Assembly (NCBI GenBank): GCA_002245135.1
Contig: NGBS01000584.1
Location: forward strand, 62,001-126,000
Source: Proteromonas lacertae
Lineage: Eukaryota
Direction: 5' to 3'
Length of the DNA: 64,000 bases
Of this stretch, positions 56,164 through 64,000 are shown piece after piece (the stretch's first letter is position 1; each line of letters opens with the position of its first letter). A program made the position numbers and the translations under genes. The notes below the pieces were generated by a model. That model saw only the letters and a program-made list of their open reading frames with translations. It searched no databases and had not been told where the DNA came from.

Positions 56164-56303
56164 AGTATCTTTATTATATTTTATCTAGATATCGAATAAA
56201 CAAGAGAAACAATAAAACATAAAAAAAAAATAGGCTTGAGATTTGCAAAAATAATTTAAAAACCACAACACATCACACTATTCATAAAAACAAAAATAGC
56301 TCA

Positions 56304-57083
56304 TTAAAAATAGGGAATAAATGAAAAATAGAACCACACTACCGTGTTCTTTGAAGGGTCGATGATTAAATAACATCTGTTGTTTAATTCTTCAGATATA
56401 AACAATTCTTCACTTTTTACTTGAAGCACCGCTGAAGCAACTGAAATTTCCTTTGTTTCTGGGTTTTTATGAACTCTTAACAAATCTTTGTATAATTTCA
56501 TTGTCATTTCCAAATATCCATTCCATTTATCATCAACTTGACATAATGAACCTCCTATAACTAGCCATGAAAATAAATGGTATATGAATTCATTCTTTTC
56601 TTCTTCTGAATAAAGATCTGCATTTTCTGAGTCTATATTACATAAATATTCTCTTAATAAATCTTGACATTGTACATTTTCATAATATTCATCCATACAA
56701 CTACGAATTGATCCATCTTCTGCTATTATAGGTGATTGTTTGAATCTATCAAAAAAAGACATTGACAATATATTGGTTGAGAGTTTATTTGTTGATATAT
56801 CATTTATCACTTCAGTTTTCTTCATTTGAGATTTATCTGCTACACGTATGTGTTCTTTAACAACATCAGATTTGAAAAAATCATTTGTAAAGTCACTTGC
56901 ATCAAAATCTCGATATTTACCTTTGAAATTAAACTTTAATATTTGAAATGTTTCATTAATACCCCTATAGAATTAGATTTTTCTTTAATACCACTGAGTT
57001 AGTTTTTCATTCGCATCAGCTTTCTTTAATGTGTTAACAGTGAATTTCTCATCAAAAGAAAAAGTGTATTTTGGATCAGCCAT
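56304..57083 (-). CDS. CFAP300: Cilia- and flagella-associated protein 300 (C11orf70/DUF4498)
   Basis: SMSFFDRF...DLLREYL..DSENADLYSEEEKNEFIYHLF..LVIGGSLCQ.DD...YL...KLYKDL..V.K. One intron near 56966-56991. Confidence 0.85.
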
Positions 57084-57159
57084 CAACGTATAACGACTTT
57101 TGAATTTTTAAAAATTTAAAAACGTCAAGCTTTTGATTTGTAATTTTGAAAATAAAATC

Positions 57160-57849
57160 ATGGGTTTATTGACTATACTAAAGAAAATTAAACAGAAAGA
57201 GAAAGAAATGAGAATTTTACTACTGTATCTATAGATAAGTCATGCTATTGTATAGAGGGCTTGATAATGCCGGTAAAACAACACTGGTAAGAAAATTAAT
57301 GGGAGAAGATATTACTTACTATTTGCCCAACATTGGGATTTGATATTAAAACATTGGAATGCAATGGGTATGTAAAATTGTAATATTCATATTAGTTATA
57401 AACTAAATATATGGGATGTAGGTGGTCAAAAAACTATAAGATCATATTGGAGAAACTATTTTGAAGAAGTATACTCACGTTTGTTTTAATCCATATTTTA
57501 TAGACTGATGGAGTAATATGGGTGATTGATAGTGCGGATAAAAGAAGACTGGGTGATTGTGCAGAAGAGCTTAGAACAATTTTACAGCAAGAAAAACTTG
57601 CAGGTGCTTCACTCTTAATTTTTGCAAATAAGCAAGATCTACCAGGTTCTCTACCTTCAGATGAAATAGCTAAAGTATTGTTATTGACTTATTATATATA
57701 AATTCTAGATTTTGAATTTAGAATCTGACTCTTTTAAAGGTCATCACAATTGCGTATTAGCATGTAGTGCAGCAACTGGAGAAGGAATAGAAAAGGGAAT
57801 AGATTGGATCGTAGAAGATATTTGTAGTAGAATACTCTTATTAAATTAA
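57160..57849 (+). CDS. ARL2: ADP-ribosylation factor-like GTPase 2, with an apparent +1 frameshift at about 57316
   Basis: [70 protein letters not shown]. Four introns. Confidence 0.92.
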
Positions 57850-57972
57850 ATAATTCTAATACTATAACATATTTACTATTATTATTGAGTTAATTCATTT
57901 TGTGTTATATGTATATATATACATTATAAAATTGGAAAAAACAAACAAAATACATCTAAATTATAAATTAAT

Positions 57973-60900
57973 CTATTCTTCTTCTTCCTCACCATCATTT
58001 AGCTCAGTATTGTTAATAAAATTGTTATCTAAATTTATATTATCTTGCTCAGGTTGAGTAGCATATATATCAGTATTTCTAATTATTTGTTCTGAGTTGT
58101 AAGTACTATTGTTATTATTGTTGTTGTTATTGTTCTTTTCGTCTATTCTCGATAATTTATCAACAGTCTTATTAGATACATTAGATGCTCTTGTATTGGT
58201 TAGAAGGATTGGCTGATTGGGTTTACTTGAATTCCTATTGTATGGATGAATCTTATTATGTTTACTAACAGTTTTGTATAAAGGTTCAAACTGTCGAACT
58301 GATAGTCTTTTTCCTTTTTTCTTTCTCTTATATTCTTTATATATTTTATAAAACTTTGGAACGATAAATATTCCTGAACTTACTATGACAACTAGACAAA
58401 TACCTAAATTCTCTAAAACAAACTTAGCTTCTTGATTTGTTGTTAATACTATCTCTATAACCAAATATAGCAATTCTAATATAGCCAAAGCTGCTATTGT
58501 TGTTGATAATGATCTACTATCATTAAATTCATCCATTGTATTTCTTGTAGTCCATGAAAAGTAAATACCACAGGTAAAAAGAATAGTCAAAATTACACCT
58601 TGAAATAGCATATAATATATACTCTTATCACATTCTTGAATATAAACATTCTTTATAATTGTTGAATATTCTTTTGATAATGTCATTGAATAACCAGAAA
58701 ATGGATCTATCAAACCCCAAACAACTGAAATAAATGCACATAAAAATAATATCATGAATAACCTCAGGAAAACTTTCTCATTAGTTATTTTTTGTCTTGT
58801 CATTTTTTGATTTCTATATACTGCATGAATTCTCCATGTTCTAAGAATCAATATTCCAGAATAATTAATTAAACACAAGTAAAATAACCCCTGAGTAAAC
58901 AGACATCCTAAATCATTAGATGCAACTAAAGATGACACAATTGATGTTAAAATAACAAAAATACCTGAGACTAAAAAGTATATCAAAAACTGATAACTTG
59001 CAGCTTTTAACACTTTATATTTTCTAAACAGTATTAATACAGTTACTTCAAACACCAACAACACTGTGACTATAACACAAATTGATATGATTATAGATAT
59101 GATAGCTTGATTGATATGAAATATCTCTGTTGTAGGACCACAATCGCAATTTGAGTCATTTTTAAAATAAACTATTGGTGATAATGAAACTCTCAAATTT
59201 TTATTGTCTATTGGAACAGCTTTACCAGCAGAACTAATTTCTACAATCTCAAATACAGATTCAATATGATTTGTTATACTTCCATGTTTATTACCAGATG
59301 ATGTTGATATATCCACCAACTGAGTTCCTCTTCTAATATAATCAATTGTTGGCTTTGCATTATTGATATTGTCTATATTTGCTAATGATAAAGCTTGTTT
59401 TACACTTGCCAAATATATCACAAATGATGATTCTAATGCTGATAATGTTTCAGTTATAAATTCGATAGATCCGATTTTTATATCAATATAATTTTCAAAG
59501 TTTATCGTTGAAGGTAAAGATCTATCACTTGAGTAAGTTCTTGGGAAGAAATGACCTGTTAATTTAGTGATTATATCATAACCCATCAAATACTCTTCAA
59601 TATCATATACTACCTGTAAATGATGTATTGATGAGAATCCATTTTTGATATACAATTCTTCAAATAATAATAAATACTTATAATCTAACATATTAAATAT
59701 GATAGTTTTCATTCTTTCTGATGATAAAATCTTCATTACTCCATCAAATTTTTCTTCATAATTATCATCATTTACTATAGTAATATTCATTGGGACAATT
59801 TTTGTATTATTAACTAAGTAACTATATATATATTCAGAAATATCAATTGCATCAGCTTCATAACCTTTTGCAACACTCATCACTATAATTGCATACTTAT
59901 ATGATGTATTTTGAACTGCTTCTATAGATGGGATTAATACAGTTCTCAATGACGGTTTTATATGAACAATATTACTATCACATTCAGGGTACAGAGGATA
60001 GTTCAATGAATATAATAACTTGTGTGAATTACCTATCATTTTGGCTTTTATTAAACTGTAAGAATACTGTGATTGACATCCAAATAGAATTTGAATTTTA
60101 TCATTTTCAAATAATGAATTAACTAATGTAAAATCATAATCTGTATGTCTTATGGCTATAATTTTATAAGTCATCTTCGTTTCTAAAATTCCACCTTGAT
60201 TATTCTCATCTCGAATATAATTATCAAACAGTAATAACATCAAATGTGATAATCTTTTATTGGCTCTATCACAATAATCTAATATCAATGCAAACACTGA
60301 TGTACTATTCTCTGCAAAATCTTCTTGATAAATTGAAGTGTCATATGTTTTAGGTGATAATAATTCAGTGTGAGATACTACTTTGTATTTGAAATCTACA
60401 TCTTGGACTAAAACTTCATAGTATCTTCTTTGGGCTTTCAAATCTTTGCTTATGTATATAGAACCACTTGGAGTTGAATATTGATGATATGATATTGATT
60501 CAATTAATAGTGTAATATTACTTGGTGATAGAAATTTCTTTAAAGTTGAAACTAACATAGAAAATGATACATATGAATTCTCCATGAAACCAAATGTAGA
60601 ATTCAATTGAGGAAAATTACTATGCTTGAAATCTTCAAATTCTTTATGTTGAGGTGTAAGAAAATCATAACCTGTTTCATTTAATTCAGGCACATACGTT
60701 TCAATAGTTTTTACACCTTTATATATCCTGCTTATTTCATCTTTATTATTTCTGTCAATAAATGGAGTATAAACAATATATTTGTTATCATTTAATAACC
60801 CATTCTTATATATTGAATTCATGCCTAGAATATTTAAATCTCCATCAATACTATATATTATAAAACATGTTGATGAATTGGATGAATAACATGTAGAATT

Positions 60901-63900
60901 AAGTGATGCTATTACTTTATCAAAATCAACCCCTTCTTGTATTATATATGAATTCAGATTTATTGCAGTGTTAGATAAACGCAATGATAAATCATTATAT
61001 AGTGAATAAGAGAACAGTGATTCATCTACAATAATAAACAGATCATATGAATATTTAAGTATTTCACGATAATATATGTATGATAAGATAGTCACTGGCA
61101 ATCCAAAATCAATTACGTTGTTACTTTCAAATAATTGAAATGAAAAACCAATATTCATATATAATGTATCTTTATCAAAATACTCTTTTTGATTAAACTT
61201 ATAACCTCGAATATGAGTGAAAACTATCCTCACTTTTTCATACGACATATAGTCAAACGCTTCTTTCAGTCCTTCATCTGTTGAATAAGTATCTTTCACA
61301 ATTGGCTGTAAATAATATCCTAAATCAATTGAAGTTTTTATATTAAATTCAGCCATACATATTAGCAATGTTGATATTGAATAAATAGTAGAATCACTGT
61401 ACATTCCACTAACAGGATAAATAATCCCGACTTTAAAAACGGGAAGTGTAATTTCCCCATTAGCATTAGGCCAAGAACAAACAGTTACATTTATTACATT
61501 CATTTTACTATATATTGCCCAAGAATGTGCCTTTAAAGGTCCTAAAATATATTCAAATAATTCTCCTTTATCATTAATATAACTATATGTTAAAGACTTC
61601 ATTAATCTATTATTCTGTTGCATATATACTCTTCCTTCTACACTATCCACTTCTAAATTGTAAATCAAATCATAATATTGTGATGAAAAGATTGGCAATT
61701 GGAACTGGTTAAAAGATGCCCAAAAATGGAACATATTGTATAATGATGCTATCTTATCAGATAATTTGTTGGCTTTTATTGAATCTGCTATTGTTGTATA
61801 GGCATCATATAATTCATCTGAAACAACTGAAGATCTTATTTGATTTTTATCATCAATGAAAATATGAGGAGTTGAATCTATTACATAATAATAAGGAGTT
61901 TTTGTAATGAAAGAAGGTTGATTATAGAAACTAATATATCGAATTTTTCCATTTGCATTACCATCATCTGTATAATTATTAATACACTGTATAACTTTAT
62001 TAATGGCAATTTCATCATCATTATCCATAACTATATAAAATCCATCATTATAATCTCTAATATACTCCCTTAATTGATGATGTAGATTAGGATCTTCAAA
62101 TTTTATATCATTGATCAAATGAATTGCTAAAGAAATAACAACATTATGTATTTGGATATATTCATAATCATATTCTTTTGAATGCAATAATAACACATCC
62201 ATATTATTATCCACAGACATTAATTGTATAAATAAATTAGATAGTGAAACACCAGGATACAAAGCACTTGCATAAACATCTCTAATACATATTTCTTCAT
62301 CAAATTGGGAAATAATATTAATTGGTTTTGGATGATCTTTTGTAATGTCCAAAAACTTTTTAATACATTCATATGGAGCTGAAATGTACAACGCTAAATA
62401 AGCATCAGTTTCATTGAACATTTTTGCATAACTTTCACAAGCACCTATTGATGGTGGTTGTGTATATTTAAAGATAATTCTGTTATGATTAATACCACCA
62501 TTACCATTTATAGGAGCTAAAATACTATTAGCAATACCTAACAATTGAAAATCTACTTCATTTTGAGGATATACAACCATCATATAAGAATTACTATTCT
62601 GATATCCTTTCTCCATTATTGATTCATTTCTAAAGTCACAAATAAAATTAGGTGTAATAAACCAATCGTATGCATCTGGTGATGTTGGATTTCTGTAATT
62701 TGCAATTACATGTAATGAACCATCTTCAAAGTACTGAGCCAATTGAAATTTCTTTGACAACATGTTATTTGAAGCTAGTTTTATAATTCCTTCGTCAGTT
62801 TCAACTTCTTTATTGTAAATTTTACTTATTTTGATAATTTCACCATCGTCTGGATTAACATTTAATAATTCTTTGATGAATAAGAATATAATATAAACAT
62901 TTGACATCCTTGTTGTTACAGTTTTATACATGGTATATTCATAAACTGACTTTTTAAATTTATCATCTTCATCAGTTTGAAAATATGACCCAAACATGTA
63001 TATTCCTTCTCTTAATTCAACAGGAATAGTCTCAAATTGTGTTTCAGATATGTAATAAGTTAAAAACGGATATCTATCTCTTTTCATTTTTCTACTATAT
63101 AACTCATTTAACAACAACAATAAATAATCAGTACCTGGATGTATAAATAGCACCAATCCATTGTTTTTCTCCATTATATTTACTGTATTTATCATATCTA
63201 TTACAGTCGATCCATGCATATCAAATGATAAAAGAATAAGGGCTGTTCCTTCTATTGTCTTTCTGATAATAGAATGAGAGACATTTGAGCAATGTAATTT
63301 ACTATCATAGAATAAATACATATATTGATTAGTAGCAAAGAATGGAGAAAAATGAGAAAATGCATTTGAATAATATTGATTTGGTAATCCACCTGTAAAT
63401 ATTATATTCCTATAACAACTTTGACCACAAAAAGGTGAAGGATAGAAGAAATAGATAGGAGTATCTACTAATATCTTTTCTATTGCATAAAAACAATCTG
63501 GATGTGCACCTCCAATTATAAAATCATATTCACCAGAATTGATTATAGTCTTAGTTACTGATGTACATAGATTTGTATCTGATTTAGTATCAAATAATGT
63601 ATAGAATAATTCATAATCTTTGATTTCATTCTGCACAGTATAATATCCACTAATTGAAGCTAGAAATAATGGTAATTCTTGAACTCTTTGTTCACCTGAT
63701 AATGCATATATGAATGCTATTCCTACTTTCCTTTTATTGAAGTCTTTACTTTCTTTCTTTGGTTTATTTACCATTGAAAATGAAGATGAAGGAGTAAAAA
63801 AAGCATGCAATATTTCAGAATGGTAATAAGTTTCAAATTTTCCATTGTTGTAGTATAATAAATATACATAATGATTCAAATAATATCCTGAATTAATATA

Positions 63901-64000
63901 TACAGGACCACTTGGTAAGTTTATTGGTGTGATAAAAATATTATAATAGTAAGTATTCCTATTATTGTCACTGTCTATAGAGGCACGATAAAATAATAAA
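57973..64000 (-). CDS. Class C (GABA-B-like) 7TM receptor with tandem periplasmic-binding-protein type 1 (UrtA/AmiC-like) domains; 5' end beyond the window
   Basis: Frame is open to the window edge. 7TM motifs RKYKVLKAASYQF, LRTWRIHAVY, WGLIDP and FSWTTRNTMDEFNDSRSL. Ectodomain motif FFYPSPFCGQSCYRNIIFTGGLPNQ. Confidence 0.8.
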   Translation of the reverse strand, partial: LLFYRASIDSDNNRNTYYYNIFITPINLPSGPVYINSGYYLNHYVYLLYYNNGKFETYYHSEILHAFFTPSSSFSMVNKPKKESKDFNKRKVGIAFIYALSGEQRVQELPLFLASISGYYTVQNEIKDYELFYTLFDTKSDTNLCTSVTKTIINSGEYDFIIGGAHPDCFYAIEKILVDTPIYFFYPSPFCGQSCYRNIIFTGGLPNQYYSNAFSHFSPFFATNQYMYLFYDSKLHCSNVSHSIIRKTIEGTALILLSFDMHGSTVIDMINTVNIMEKNNGLVLFIHPGTDYLLLLLNELYSRKMKRDRYPFLTYYISETQFETIPVELREGIYMFGSYFQTDEDDKFKKSVYEYTMYKTVTTRMSNVYIIFLFIKELLNVNPDDGEIIKISKIYNKEVETDEGIIKLASNNMLSKKFQLAQYFEDGSLHVIANYRNPTSPDAYDWFITPNFICDFRNESIMEKGYQNSNSYMMVVYPQNEVDFQLLGIANSILAPINGNGGINHNRIIFKYTQPPSIGACESYAKMFNETDAYLALYISAPYECIKKFLDITKDHPKPINIISQFDEEICIRDVYASALYPGVSLSNLFIQLMSVDNNMDVLLLHSKEYDYEYIQIHNVVISLAIHLINDIKFEDPNLHHQLREYIRDYNDGFYIVMDNDDEIAINKVIQCINNYTDDGNANGKIRYISFYNQPSFITKTPYYYVIDSTPHIFIDDKNQIRSSVVSDELYDAYTTIADSIKANKLSDKIASLYNMFHFWASFNQFQLPIFSSQYYDLIYNLEVDSVEGRVYMQQNNRLMKSLTYSYINDKGELFEYILGPLKAHSWAIYSKMNVINVTVCSWPNANGEITLPVFKVGIIYPVSGMYSDSTIYSISTLLICMAEFNIKTSIDLGYYLQPIVKDTYSTDEGLKEAFDYMSYEKVRIVFTHIRGYKFNQKEYFDKDTLYMNIGFSFQLFESNNVIDFGLPVTILSYIYYREILKYSYDLFIIVDESLFSYSLYNDLSLRLSNTAINLNSYIIQEGVDFDKVIASLNSTCYSSNSSTCFIIYSIDGDLNILGMNSIYKNGLLNDNKYIVYTPFIDRNNKDEISRIYKGVKTIETYVPELNETGYDFLTPQHKEFEDFKHSNFPQLNSTFGFMENSYVSFSMLVSTLKKFLSPSNITLLIESISYHQYSTPSGSIYISKDLKAQRRYYEVLVQDVDFKYKVVSHTELLSPKTYDTSIYQEDFAENSTSVFALILDYCDRANKRLSHLMLLLFDNYIRDENNQGGILETKMTYKIIAIRHTDYDFTLVNSLFENDKIQILFGCQSQYSYSLIKAKMIGNSHKLLYSLNYPLYPECDSNIVHIKPSLRTVLIPSIEAVQNTSYKYAIIVMSVAKGYEADAIDISEYIYSYLVNNTKIVPMNITIVNDDNYEEKFDGVMKILSSERMKTIIFNMLDYKYLLLFEELYIKNGFSSIHHLQVVYDIEEYLMGYDIITKLTGHFFPRTYSSDRSLPSTINFENYIDIKIGSIEFITETLSALESSFVIYLASVKQALSLANIDNINNAKPTIDYIRRGTQLVDISTSSGNKHGSITNHIESVFEIVEISSAGKAVPIDNKNLRVSLSPIVYFKNDSNCDCGPTTEIFHINQAIISIIISICVIVTVLLVFEVTVLILFRKYKVLKAASYQFLIYFLVSGIFVILTSIVSSLVASNDLGCLFTQGLFYLCLINYSGILILRTWRIHAVYRNQKMTRQKITNEKVFLRLFMILFLCAFISVVWGLIDPFSGYSMTLSKEYSTIIKNVYIQECDKSIYYMLFQGVILTILFTCGIYFSWTTRNTMDEFNDSRSLSTTIAALAILELLYLVIEIVLTTNQEAKFVLENLGICLVVIVSSGIFIVPKFYKIYKEYKRKKKGKRLSVRQFEPLYKTVSKHNKIHPYNRNSSKPNQPILLTNTRASNVSNKTVDKLSRIDEKNNNNNNNNNSTYNSEQIIRNTDIYATQPEQDNINLDNNFINNTELNDGEEEEE

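Noticed and set aside
1..64000. Alternative genetic code or stop-codon readthrough to explain fragmented ORFs
   Set aside because: The breaks I traced resolve with short introns or isolated indels. TAA, TAG and TGA all serve as terminal stops, and the tRNA is an ordinary Gln(CTG).

Overview
Gene-dense, very AT-rich eukaryotic nuclear DNA in the standard genetic code. Introns are mostly 25-40 nt (GTA...TAG) and intergenic gaps are often about 70-130 bp. This architecture is reminiscent of Blastocystis/Proteromonas-type stramenopiles, which is an inference only. Manual splicing gives about 25 protein genes plus one tRNA-Gln(CTG). Recognisable genes include UFL1, a WASP-like protein, gamma-carbonic anhydrase, La/LARP7, tafazzin, TRAP-beta, TPR/Mlp1, AMPK-beta, CFAP300 and ARL2. 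The most notable observations are: (1) a class C (GABA-B-like) 7TM receptor, intronless within the window, whose ectodomain is a chain of at least 5 UrtA/AmiC-like Venus-flytrap domains; (2) a GST-fused asparaginyl-tRNA synthetase paralogue lacking both catalytic arginines; (3) a giant Sfi1-like repeat + IQ + Tubby fusion; (4) two candidate AT-AC (U12-type) introns; (5) a Ubc12-like E2 without its active-site segment; (6) tandem Nudix paralogues that differ by two precise introns. Several frameshifts and a poly-A tract look like assembly errors. All family calls come from motif recognition by eye, not from database searches.
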